Origin: Octopus vulgaris
Taxonomy: Eukaryota
Assembly (NCBI GenBank): GCA_951406725.2
Contig: OX597819.1
Coordinates: 133,734,001-133,798,000 of the forward strand
Direction of reading: 5' to 3'
DNA length: 64,000 bases
Shown: in pieces, positions 26,792 through 38,615 of the stretch
How positions within the stretch are numbered: position 1 is the stretch's first letter
Layout: the number at the start of each line of letters is the position of its first letter
Translations under genes and position numbers: made by a program
Notes under the pieces: generated by a model
The model's database searches: none
Told to the model about the DNA's origin: nothing
What the model saw: the letters and a program-made list of their open reading frames with translations, nothing else

Positions 26792-26879
26792 ATGCAGTAC
26801 GACCGTTTCAAGCGGCTCCATTTAATTGAACAATGCAATCATTACATCAATATAAATGTAATGCCATCTTCAGCTGCAC
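26792..26879 (-). ncRNA. candidate type-I hammerhead ribozyme
   Basis: Minus strand reads GUGCAG-CUGAAGA-(long stem II region)-GAAAC-GGUC-GUA-CUGCAU. Stem I is 6 bp, both core motifs are intact and the cleavage triplet is GUA. The base of stem II is non-canonical. Confidence 0.7.
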
Positions 26880-27148
26880 AAATATATGGAATTTTAGCAA
26901 GCAAGGCTCAGTAAACATGTGCAAATATATATATATATATATATATATATACTCGCGCGCGCTGTGTTTGTGTGTGTGTAATATTCATCGAAATTATATC
27001 GGCAAAAGAGGTTCGATTCAGTAAGTACTAGTCTTACAAAGAATAAGTTCTGGGGGTCGATTTGTTCGATTGCAACCCCTTAAGGCAGTGCTCCAGCATG
27101 ACCGCAGTCAAATGACTGAAACATGTAAAAGAGTATGAATGTATTAAT

Positions 27149-27209
<61 letters not shown>

Positions 27210-28474
27210 GAGCGCGTGTTTCACACGTGTTATTAATAAGTAGACTACCAAAAGAGAAGTCAATAGCAAACTGTTAGGCGTTTATGATTTGAGCGTTCCT
27301 TTGTTTAAATTCAACAACTGGTTTCCCCGCAATACGACATCCCACATGTTATGTCTCATTCTACTTTTATATGTTTCTCGTTCATGTAACAATTGAGTTA
27401 AATATATTTTTGTTGTTGTGTTTGACTTGTTAGTTTTACGTTCTCATTGGCTGTTATTTTGTGTAGTCTCCACCTGTGTGTTTGTTGTATTGCGATATGT
27501 CTGTTTTCGGATGTTTACGTGTCTCGTGAAATCTCTAAATGTCTGTGCGCTGCATTAAACTGCCTGCTACATTTCTGTATTAGAGTCTTTATTAGAAGAA
27601 TATTACATTCGTTTATGGGGCCATATGCACGTAAGAATGTATCTGTATGCTAAATTGGATATTTGTCGCTTGCAAAATATTAGTTTTCTGTGATTTACTA
27701 CGCTCCTCACAGATTAAAGACAAGTGCTGAATATGAACGGATATCCGATAGATTTTCTCATTAAAAGTATGGTTATACTAACACACAAACATATTTATAG
27801 ACGTTTGACGTATTTCTGTAAAGACTGCAAAATATTTTAAAGAAGTACTGGAAGGATATCTTAAATGGTGGAGAATATAAAGTTCAAGAAACTATAAAAC
27901 AATTTCCAGTAAATGTTGTCGAACAACTCTCGAAAAAGGAGCGAGATATTTTTGAAAGCTGACAAAACAAGAAAATCGTAAGAAATAAACGCCAACTCTT
28001 AGAATAATATACTGAAAAAAAAAATAACATCGCTAACAAGCGAAACACCAGAATTACATTAAATTCTATAAATAAAAAGACCAAATATTGGCTTCATGTC
28101 ACAAATCTTATTATTGATTGATATGTTCGAACAATAACATCAGAAAATCTAACGAATCGCAATTTTGGGCAAAATACAAGTTACAGTTCGGTTTACGTAC
28201 ATGCTAGATAAACGAGAAAATACATTAAATTTATTATGAGTAACTGGTACTCATCCATCGCTAAACGTTCATGGCGAACATTACATGACGTTGCTATTGT
28301 TCGTAAAATGCCACATGTGAAAATGAATAAAAATAAGAAACGAATTGACGGAAACTTCGGATTATTTCAAAATTTACTTCTATTATTTGTTTATATTTAT
28401 TTTATTATAACTGCAAAACAGCACCACGGAGGAATCGACGCAAGTTTAAAGAATACACCGCGATATGGCGAGGG

Positions 28475-28535
<61 letters not shown>

Positions 28536-29699
28536 CGCGCGCGTGTGTGCTATTTAATTTATGCAATCTTTTTGTCGTTATACAACAGGAATGCAACGGA
28601 CTATAATCAATGGGGCTTTGTGCCTGAAATATATAAAGATTTTTCATCTTTGTTGCATTAAAAAAAGTCTCCCCTTTCTTTTTTCCAGTTCTTCTTCTTC
28701 TTCTTCTTCTTTTGTATCACAATGCTTCAAGAGAACTATAATGCTCTTGTATAACCGAAATGTATCCCAGCCGTGACAACCCGTTTTTTATTCGTACAAA
28801 ACATAGGACGACATTACCCAATGTGATTCTAGGTGTGACGGGAGAAAGATTTCGTGCTCGAGTCGGGAGAGTTGAATGTAGAACGACTGTACATTACTAA
28901 CATAGAGTAACAAAAGTATTTATTGAAAAGAAGTGAAATAGTTTCAAAGGGACACGATAAAAATTTGATTTTACAATGACCCCAGTCTTATTCATACCTC
29001 GAGGGTTCCGCCAAAACTAAAGTAAGCACTGGTGTTTTATTAATTAACATAGGTGGCTCAAACTGCAAACGTTGGCAGATGAACTTTCCAGTAGAAAGGA
29101 ACTACCCAGTCTCTGTTGCAAGATATACTCTTGTTCGCATTATTGTTCAGTACAATCCTGTCAAAAATACCCCAGGAAGCTTTTATGTGTCTAATAATAC
29201 AAACCGACCGCTTGCCGTACAGGCAAGGAATAGAGCAGAGATTTTAGTGCCCTATAAACTGCAACATCTCTTTTATAAAAGCGATTCCCAGAATTATTTA
29301 TAGTTTCCAACATTGCCTCAAGCCCACAATTTTGGAGAGAGTGTGGGGTAAGGTGAGTAAATCGAAACCATTACTTGTGTAGTAGGAATTTTTTTTTATC
29401 GAATTCGGAAGGATAAACTGTAACGTTCACTCCGTGGAGAGTTGAACATGAGGAATTGATCTAAATACCACTTTATCTGACATTAGAACGATTTTGCCAA
29501 TCGACCGCCCGAACGCATAGTTTTACATAAGCATTTCCAATGGTAAGAATACATAGCACCAGCATGGGCGCCATATAAAATGCTAGCAGCCAAAATGAAA
29601 ATTTACAACTTTTCACCATAGGCATAAGCAAAGTAGCGGGACGGGGTTTCTTAGCAAACGCAAGATAAGATGAGGAAAATGCAAGGCAAAATGGTGATA

Positions 29700-30098
29700 T
29701 AGTAGTTTGGCACTACCTCCTACTGTCATAACAGAAAGTTGCTAGAAAAAAAAGACAGAATTTCAAGAAATAAAATTTAAAAACAACTTCTGGACAAAAA
29801 AAAATTAAACAGTGAAGATGGCAGAGGAAAAGAGATTTGGATTGGATAGCAACGAAAGAATCGTTTCATTGTAACATCTCGACAAATAATTCTCAAAGCT
29901 AAAGGACAATAACTAAAGAAGTGCATAATGATCTTTCGGTATTGAGGTTTGGTGTTATAGATTTATGAAAAATTAATGGACTAACAGTGTGCACCAATAA
30001 AATAAATTGAAAAAATATATAATACATAAAAAATTATTTAGGGAATATTAGAAAAAAATTCTTTCGATTCACAAATATTATTAGCATTAGAAGAGAAA
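29700..30098 (+). mobile_element. pogo-like transposase remnant (CENP-B-type HTH region)
   Basis: Across frameshifts: WI..IVTSRQIILKAK..WCYRFMK.NGLT..EY*KKIL..HKYIISIRRE. Confidence 0.55.
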
Positions 30099-30099
30099 T

Positions 30100-30320
30100 A
30101 GCAGCGAGCTGTCGGAATCGCTGAGAGGCCGAGGAAAATGCTGAACGGTATTTCATCCGTCTTTACGTTCTGAATTCAAATTCCGCCAAGGTCGAATTTG
30201 GCTTTCATCCTTTCGAGGTCAGTAAAACAAGTACCAGTTGAACAGTGGGATCGATATAATCGACTTATCCCCTCTCCTGAACTTGGTGGCCTTGTGCGAA
30301 AATTTAAAATCAATATTAGA
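30100..30320 (+). mobile_element. SINE-like family 2
   Basis: Same head and body as 8087-8315 and 58456-58612. Confidence 0.8.
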
Positions 30321-30384
30321 AGAGGAAATATTTTGAAAAGGGCACAGACTGCAAACAAGAATGACATACCATTGATCTGCGGTG

Positions 30385-30702
30385 AAGGCGCGTGGCTTAG
30401 TGGTTAGGGCATTCGGCTCACGATTGTATGGTCGTGAGTTCGATTCCCGGCGACGCATTGTGTCCTTGAGCAAGACACTTTATTTCACGTTGCTCCAGTC
30501 CACTCAGCTGGCAAAAATGAGTTGTACCTGTATTTCAAAGGGTCAGCTTTGTCACACTTTGTGTCACGCTGAATCTCCCTGAGAACTACGTTAGGGGTAC
30601 ACGTGTCTGGGACTGCTCAGCCACTTGCACGTTAATTTCACGAGCAGACTGTTCCGTTGATCGTTGCCAGCTGGGACCCTCGTCGTCGTAACCGACGGAG
30701 TG
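30385..30702 (+). mobile_element. tRNA-derived SINE family 4, near full length
   Basis: A box TGGCTTAGTGG, B box GAGTTCGATTCC, body TTGTGTCCTTGAGCAAGACACTT, end GTCGTAACCGACGGAGTG. Confidence 0.9.
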
Positions 30703-33467
30703 AAGAAAGAAAAAACCATTGATCTGTAATCTATAAGAAGGTAGTTGATTTCCTGATTTTTAAGATTGCGACCATTAAAACTTGCTATCGTGAGAAAGCT
30801 CATTAGAATGGCTTCTACAATCACTAAACAAAACGAGACACTGTTGCCGCATTAAATCAATCTATTTCAGAAATCTTAGAGAACTTAATCGCAATTTTAT
30901 TTTTTCTAAATAGAAAAACGAAAGGAGGAACTCATTTAATGGAAAAAGTGGAATTTGGTTATAACCTTAATACATTATACTCTGAAATGATCTCGTTTTC
31001 GAGGAATGAGGAAACGAATATTACACAAAATAATGTTTGGCAAAAAGTGCCTCGTTATAAACCATCGAATGCATAATTACTAAGATTAGTCATTATGGTA
31101 TTAGTGGAACTGGATACAATGTTTTAATCCCTTACGATATATTGTAAAATAATGTAATTCTCTTTTGTGTCAATATTGTTAAAAATAATTAAAGACATTT
31201 GTTGATACGACTCCTTGGATGACGAACAGACGCTGATTCTGGCAATAACATTGCTTGCAAAAAGAAAAGTTTAGGATTCACCGCATCAAAAATTGTTTGG
31301 TAATTTCAGTCAACAGCTTTGGAATAATATTCTCTCATATTCTGTGATGAAATCCTAATTATGTATTTAAAATTATAACTGATTATTGCTTGTATGGTTT
31401 TCGAAGCGAGTAATATTTGTTACTCTCTAATCTGAACGTTATATCGTACAACACCAGCTATTTCATAAATTTCACTTCACTTCCCTCGGCCTTTTCAACT
31501 GATAGCAATACATATTAATGTCTATTAATGTAATCTATAATGCAATTTCTAATGTATGTTTGCTTCATTAGTAACGTATTAATTTATTCCATTTGTTCAT
31601 TTATGTCCTCATTTATTTCCCTTTTAACTTTTCGTTCCTGTTTTTCCTACGGAATTTAAATCTTCCGTTTTCATTCCTTCCTCATTACTCTCTCCGAAAT
31701 TGAATTTCATTCGCTAAATTCATATTCATTGAAATCAACGCAAAATATAAATTTGTTTTTCTATCTAACATTACTGCATGGAATGATTACGAATATTTGG
31801 TAATTTGCTGATAGGCTCGGAAAGGATATTAAAACACTCAACAAGTCCGAGTCTGAAATAATTAACGATTTGCGACAATTGGCAGTTATATTTTCTAATT
31901 TTTTTTTTATAATCTTATACTAATGTGTATTTTTCTTTCTTTTTCTATTTATTTTAAGGTGTTTTTTATTCAAATTCAAAAATATTGCTATCTTGAGTTG
32001 CCATTTTGCTGTAGCCAGGGATTAAACTGCTGGAAATTGCACTTTATCCCACTCACCTATTGGAACATTATGTTCAGTTTGCAAATTACCTGGCACCATA
32101 TCTCAGATATAACAACGCCGTTATATAACAAAGTTAAATAAAGACACTGCTATACAAAATCAGGAGAACAGATTACAATAGGATTTCATTATAATTCACC
32201 AAATGGTACCAAGCACCATAAATCACAGCTAATTAGCCGTTATCTAATGCAAATCCTGACTGATGTCATGGAGTTTCTAGAGCTGTATAATCATACATGG
32301 TGTATGCTTTGTTGCAAGCTATTAGATCTCGCTAGAATCATTTGTTCGTATAGGTAGACATCATTTTGAAATCTTCAATATATATTATACATTAATTATA
32401 TGTGAGGAATATAAATCACGCTCGTGCCTGCTTTGTGAACTGAAATACTTTTCTGTGGAACGATTATTTAAGTTTGAAGGTAGGTGTAGATATTTCACAG
32501 TAAACTATACAATGTCTGGAAATATGTACTTCATGTACAAACGTGGACTCTTCTACCAATCATTCGAAATAAAAGCTACATCTCCCTACCATCAGGAAAA
32601 GTAATCTAATCGTAGCTATGCAAATAAAACAGTAATAGGTATAGCAGTAACTCGATTAGTCATAAATCTACGTAAGCAAGGCTGCCTTCGGAGCTAAACA
32701 ATAACAGCAGCAATGTTTTTCTTCTCATATATTTTCTATGAATTTCACGGATTCTTCTAAAAATATGTTTTATAGAATACATATATATCTGAATAGTTTT
32801 TGCAGAAAACTTTGTTCTATAATATTTTATGTAAAACATCTGTCATGTGTCCAGATATAGTTTTTGTAGAAAATAGAAAACTTAGGAAGCACAAAGATTG
32901 TTGGATTTAATACGATTAAATTCCTCTCTCTATAGAATATCTCCTTCACTCTCTTCCTCAATTCCTTATTACCAATCATTCTGCTATTAAAACCGTGAAA
33001 GTAAAAATCGTCATTTCTAACAGATTAGGAAGCAAGTTTTTATTAACACAGAAGCACGCTCATATACAGGCACACAGGTTTCTATTATATTTATAGTGTG
33101 TGTACGTGTTTGTGTTCATGTGTGTGCGAGCACATGTACTTGAGACGGAAAGAGGAGGGAAAGGCCACCTGAAAAATATCAACTAGTTTTGATTATTGAT
33201 CCGTAATTGCAAGTGGATTCTGATACAATTTGGAATATCTATAAACCCTGACCCTAAATTTGAAACCTGTTGTAATCCAACATTGGACTTTTGTAACGTC
33301 CACTTTGGTATAGCACTATAGTTAGTTAGACAAGTAAAGCTACGACTATCTATGACCGACTTCACCAACTTCTTGGCAACACAATTTCCTACGTCACAGT
33401 ATTTGTAACGACTGGCACATACCACTCGTTACATAGGTGGGGGTGCTTCATTATTATTATTATCATT

Positions 33468-33609
33468 CAGTAGTTTTATTTTTATAGCGTGCTTTCACTT
33501 CACTACCGAGCGCTATCTGTGTGCCTTGGGTATGTGCTGTGATTTGTTGTGATGCTCTGATGGTTATTGTATGGAAAGTGTTCTGCGTAGGATGTGTGCA
33601 GTGCCTAGT
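33468..33609 (-). mobile_element. R4/Dong LINE family A, 3'-terminal ~140 bp (copy 1)
   Basis: Near-identical to 34791-34940 and flanked by (ATT)n on both sides. Confidence 0.9.
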
Positions 33610-33854
<245 letters not shown>

Positions 33855-33860
<6 letters not shown>

Positions 33861-34336
33861 TGTTATCGCCATATTAATATGGCAATCTTATAGATATAAG
33901 ACTAAAAGCTGTCGCTGATTAGCTCCATGAGGCCATCGCCTTAAGATAGCTATATGACACACAAACTGCGTCCATCAGAACCTTCGAACAAGGGAGGTCA
34001 GCCGCTTCACACTGCTAGTCAGACAGCTACATACGCGTTTCAGGGTATTTGCCCCTTGTCAATGTAGCGTAGTCGACTCAGCAGGTGTCGCCACTGATCG
34101 TCTCTGTTCGAAGGTTCTATTTACCTATTTTCGGTGGAATACATCCACTTTTTTTCAATAATAGAAATATTAAAATTACTAAGTCTCTCTAAAAGAGATT
34201 ACGACAGCGTTACTGGAAATTAATTGTTATCGCCATATTAATATGGCAATCTTATAGATATAAGACTAAAAGCTGTCGCTGATTTGCTCCATGAGGCCAT
34301 CGCCTTAAGATAGCTATTTGACACACAAACTGTGTC

Positions 34337-34339
<3 letters not shown>
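33855..34339 (-). mobile_element. retrozyme-like element: 364-bp monomer plus 121-bp terminal redundancy, containing a hammerhead
   Basis: Direct repeats 33855-33975 and 34219-34339 (3 substitutions, period 364). Internal rod 33977-34118 is capped by a hammerhead motif. No ORF. Both flanks are (ATT)n. Confidence 0.75.
34027..34067 (-). ncRNA. minimal type-I hammerhead ribozyme with decayed core
   Basis: CUACA-uUGACaA-GGGG-CAAAUA-CCCu-GAAAC-GC-GUA-UGUAG. It is three transitions away from canonical CUGACGA/CCCC-GAAA, two of them at CpG. Confidence 0.75.
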
Positions 34340-34430
<91 letters not shown>

Positions 34431-34433
<3 letters not shown>

Positions 34434-34769
34434 TAGTTTTATTTTTATAGCGTGCTTACACTTCACTACCGAGCGCAGCTCTGTGTGCCTTGGGTATGTG
34501 CTGTGATTTGTTGTGATGCTCTGATGGTTATTGTATGGAAAGTGTTCTGCGTAGGATGTGTGCAGTGCCTAGTAGTGCAATTTTCTGTATGTTATATGTG
34601 TTTGTAAGTCCAGGTGTTTTTGTTATGTATTTGTCTGAATATTTTTTTATCATGCCTAATGCACCTACTATTTATCATGCACCTAATGCACCTACTATGA
34701 TAGGAATTAATCAAGCACCTAATGCACCTACTTTTTATCATGCCTAATGCACCTACTATGATAGGAATT
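34431..34769 (-). mobile_element. R4/Dong LINE family A, 3' fragment (copy 2) with stuttered 5' junction
   Basis: Near-identical to 34791-35048. CCTAATGCACCTACT is reiterated four times at 34655-34757. Confidence 0.9.
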
Positions 34770-34790
34770 ATTATTATTATTATTATTATT

Positions 34791-36717
34791 CAGTAGTTTT
34801 ATTTTTATTTTTTTAGCGTGCTTTCACTTCACTACCGAGCGCAGCTCTGTGTGCCTTGGGTATGTGCTGTGATTTGTTGTGATGCTCTGATGGTTATTGT
34901 ATGGAAAGTGTTCTGCGTAGGATGTGTGCAGTGCCTAGTAGTGCAATTTTCTGTATGTTATATGTGTTTGTAAGTCCTGGTGTTTTTGTTATGTATTTGT
35001 CTGAATATTTTTTTATCATGCCTAATGCACCTACTATGATAGGAATTGTTTCTGTTTTCAGATTCCACATTCTAGTTACCTCTATTTCCAGGTCTTTGTA
35101 TTTTGAGAGTTTCTCCATTTCTTTTAGAGACACGTTGTCATCTGCCGGTACTGATACATCAATTAGAAAGCATTTTTTTCTTCATGGTCTCTGACAACTA
35201 TATCTGGTCTGTTGGCCTTAATTTCTCTATCTGTGTGTATCGGCATATCCCAGAGTATGGTTGCTTTCTCGTTTTCTGTGACCTTTTCTGGTGTGTGCCT
35301 ATACCATCTTTTTTCTGTTGTTATTCCATAATGTTGGCATAGCTTCCAATGTATGTAAGTTCCAACTCTGTCATGTCTGTGAATATATTCCTTCTTAGCC
35401 AGGACTGGGCAGCTAGAGATAATATGATTTATTGTTTCTTGTCCATCTCCACATATTCTGCAGTTACTTGTAATATTTCTTTTCATTACATGTTTTTGGT
35501 AATTTCTGGTGGGGAGGCTTTGGTCTTGTGCTGCAATTAAAAATCCCTCTGTTTCTGCTTTGAGTCCTGAGCTTCTCAACCATTGCTGGGATTTTTCTTT
35601 GTCTATTTCTTTTGCGTTTAGTTTAGTCCAGTATTTACCATGAAGGGGCTTTTCTTGCCATCGTTTTATCATGGTTCTTTGCTGTTCTATTTTTAGTTTG
35701 GATTTCATTTTTTTTATAGCTTTTGTTGTTTCTTCATCTTCTTCTTCTTCATGTTTATTAGGTGGTATGATTTCTTGTTTGTATTTGTCAGCCTCCTTAA
35801 ATACTGAGAACAGTTTTTTGTTTTGCTCGTGTTTTGCCGCTATCTGGATCAGTTTTCCTTCCTTCTGAAGTAGATATTTTTGCAGTCCTATGGTGGTTAT
35901 TTTATAGTAGTTTTCCAGCTGTATAAGGCCTCTACCACCTTCTATACGTTGTATATATAGTCTTTCTATGTCAGATTTTGGGTGATGCATCCTAGATCCT
36001 GTCATTATTTTTCTTGTTTTCCTGTCTATTTTGGTCAGTTCATTTCGTGTCCAGTTAAGGATATTGTAGCTGTAACTTATAACTGGGACAGCTAAAGTGT
36101 TGATACCTATTATCTTGTTTTTAGCATTGAGCTCTGTGTTTAGTATTGATCTAACTCGTCTATAATATTCTTTTTTTATTTTCTCTTTCATTTGTGTGTG
36201 TTGTGTCTTATCTAGTTCATGGATTCCTAAGTATTTGTAAGTTTGGCTTTGGTCTAATTCTTTTATTTCATTTGCTTCATCTAGTGTGATGTTGTTACTC
36301 TTAACTAGTTTTCCTCTTTTCATGGTTACTTTGGCGCATTTTTCTAATCCAAATTTCATATCTATTTCTTTGGTAAATCCATGAACTGTCTTTAATAGTG
36401 TTTCCAGCTGTTTGTCATTTGCAGCGTATAGTTTTAGGTCATCCATATATAAAAGGTGGCTGATCGTTTTGCCGTAACATTTATATCCGCATCCAGTTCT
36501 ATTTAGCATATCAGATAGAGGTGACAGTGCTAAGCAGAAAAGGAGTGGAGAGAGCGTATCTCCCTGGAATATTCCTCTTCTAATGGGGATGTCTTTGGTT
36601 TTCATGAGTCCCTCTTTTGTTTGGAGGTGTAGGACTGTTTGCCATTTATTCATAGAGTGCTCTATGAATTTTATGATTGTTGGTGCTACTTTGTTAATGG
36701 CTAGTGTTTCGAGGATC

Positions 36718-36720
<3 letters not shown>
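34791..36720 (-). mobile_element. R4/Dong-clade LINE family A, 5'-truncated (RT, CCHC, restriction-like endonuclease), one frameshift
   Basis: ORF 35163..36653 has GIFQGDTLSPLLF, YMDDLKL, YKYLG, GGRGL, CRICG..ETINHIISSC, RHD and RPDIV. It continues in another frame through LIDVSVP..KLSKY. Embedded in (TAA)n. Confidence 0.95.
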
Positions 36721-36792
<72 letters not shown>

Positions 36793-37029
36793 CCTCATAA
36801 CATCTCTGCTTTTAAGTTTCTTTTCTTAGTGAATGTAATTTTATTTCTTTTTATTAACAACAATTTTTACATCACTCTACCTCCCGCATTTGATTTTTTC
36901 CCAAACAGTTAATAATTTAATATTTTTCCTTTGGCGTACAGTTCCATGAACTCCGTAAATTTTCTTTTCCTATCGATTCTGAGTCTCGGTTCAATTATTT
37001 ATAGTGGCGTTGGTCCTTGAAAAGTAATG

Positions 37030-37278
37030 TCTAAACCACTTCTACTTTTAGCCAAGCTTCCCTTTTTATCGTCGGTAATTTTGCTGATAGAGCACATCTT
37101 CTGCAACTTTTCACTGTATTTCCGATTTCTCTGTCCATTTTTGGCCAAGACACGTAGCTACGCATTAACGATTTCATCCTCAAATACCAGAATGTCTAAC
37201 ATGGAATTCCCTCTACATTGTCTTTTGCAGTGTTTCAGATATTACTATTCTCTGTGCATGCATCAGCACACTGCCACA
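37030..37278 (-). mobile_element. Ty3/Gypsy (Mag/K02A2.6-like) integrase zinc-binding fragment
   Basis: Minus strand across a frameshift: VLMHAQRIVISETLQK..EFHVRHSGI..MKSLMRSYVSWPKMDREIGNTVKSCRRCALSAK (HHCC). Confidence 0.8.
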
Positions 37279-37290
37279 AATATATATATA

Positions 37291-37510
37291 TTCCGGTCAT
37301 TCAATATTTGACCGCGTGTGTATCGTTGGCGATTTTCTTTCTCCGTCTTCCTTTCCTTGGATCTTTCCTTTTCCTATGTTTCTGACGAAGAGCTCCGCTC
37401 GAAACTTTAAATCCTCCTTCTTTCTTTCCTTTCCAGAGTGTCCAATAACACTATACTTGTTCCACGTCCTCGCGTTGTTGCGTTTTCTCTTTGTGTTTTC
37501 ATGTTTGGAT

Positions 37511-37515
<5 letters not shown>
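37291..37515 (+). mobile_element. small pyrimidine-rich element with minimal hammerhead-like core, ending at (TA)n (PLE pseudo-LTR-like)
   Basis: CTGACGA-A-GAGC-TCC-GCTC-GAAAC at 37382-37405. Same layout as 9050-9241. Confidence 0.6.
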
Positions 37516-37578
<63 letters not shown>

Positions 37579-37580
<2 letters not shown>

Positions 37581-38522
37581 AGGTGTCCCAAAAAGATGTA
37601 CTCACTCTTTGACAGGCGATTACTAGTGTATTGTTGCTGTTTGTTTCAGACGCAACCGACCCTTCATAATGGCAAATGCACAACTAACGTTTGACGAAAA
37701 ATATTTATATTAAAGTGCTACTGGAAGCACGAAAATGTCACGGAAGTGCAAAGACAATTTAACAGACAGTTTCAGACACCAACACGACACACTATTGCTC
37801 GCATCAGAGATAAGTTTGAAGCGTACAGAACTGTTCAGAACGTTAGTAAGCAGCGCTCTGGAAGACCACGAACATCCACCAGCGCCAATAGACACAACCA
37901 ATTAATGGAAACCCTTTTCCGATCCCCAAAGAAATCCGTAAGACAATTGAGTCGTGAGATAGGAATCGAGTGTTTATCGGATGTTGAAACGAGCTCATTG
38001 GAAAAGTTACGTTCCAACATTAATTCAAGGCCTCAATGGAGATGATCCTGATCGGAGTGTTCAATTTTGCGAATGGTATCTGAACAAATTCGCAGAGGAT
38101 TCAACGTTTCCAGAGAAAATCTTATGGAGCGATGAGGCCACCTTCAAGTTAAATGGTTCAGTCAACCGACATAATTGCACATGCTGGGCCCGTGAAAATC
38201 CATATTTTACTATGGAACACCATCTGAACTTACCAAGCGTTACTGTGTGGTGTTGATATCAATATTGGGTGTCGTTGGACCATTATGTTTTACCAAACTG
38301 TCAGAGGCCCAGTTTACTTAAACTTACTGATGGAAAATGTCGGTCCACGAATTGAAGAGATGTTTGGGGACGAGGAGTTTTACTTCCTGAAAGATGGAGC
38401 CCCTCCCCACTACCATCGTGATGTAGGGGCTTACCTCGATGCAACAAATCCAAACAAATGGATTGCGAAGGGAGATACCGTTGAATTTCCTGCACGTTCC
38501 CCAGACCTCACGCCAATGGATT
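37579..38522 (+). mobile_element. DD41D (rosa/Visitor) Tc1/mariner transposon, 3'-truncated pseudogene
   Basis: TIR-like CAAGGTGTCCCAAAAAG follows (TA)n. Motifs [26 protein letters not shown] and DGAPPH...PARSPDLTPMD, with 41 residues counted between the second and third D. Confidence 0.9.
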
Positions 38523-38550
38523 AAATAAATAATCATAACTTACACGAAAT

Positions 38551-38615
38551 ACTATGCTGAAGAGTAACAGTAAGGAAAATTAAGTTTTACTTTATGTTCG
38601 AAACGCGTCCATAGT
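38551..38615 (+). ncRNA. type-I hammerhead ribozyme with canonical core (dimer-type stem III)
   Basis: ACUAUG-CUGAAGA-G...C-GAAAC-GC-GUC-CAUAGU. Perfect 6-bp stem I, G10.1-C11.1 pair, GUC triplet and palindromic ACGCGU. Confidence 0.85.

Noticed and set aside
30385-30450. tRNA gene (also 10250-10322)
   Set aside because: A and B boxes are present but there is no complete cloverleaf, and the sequence runs into a SINE body.
31930-32141. Strong polypyrimidine tract and AG followed by a 60-codon frame
   Set aside because: No recognisable protein similarity and no clear donor. Insufficient for an exon call.
34645-34769. CRISPR-like repeat-spacer pattern
   Set aside because: Eukaryotic context, repeats derive from the LINE itself, linkers are short and non-unique, and there are no cas genes.
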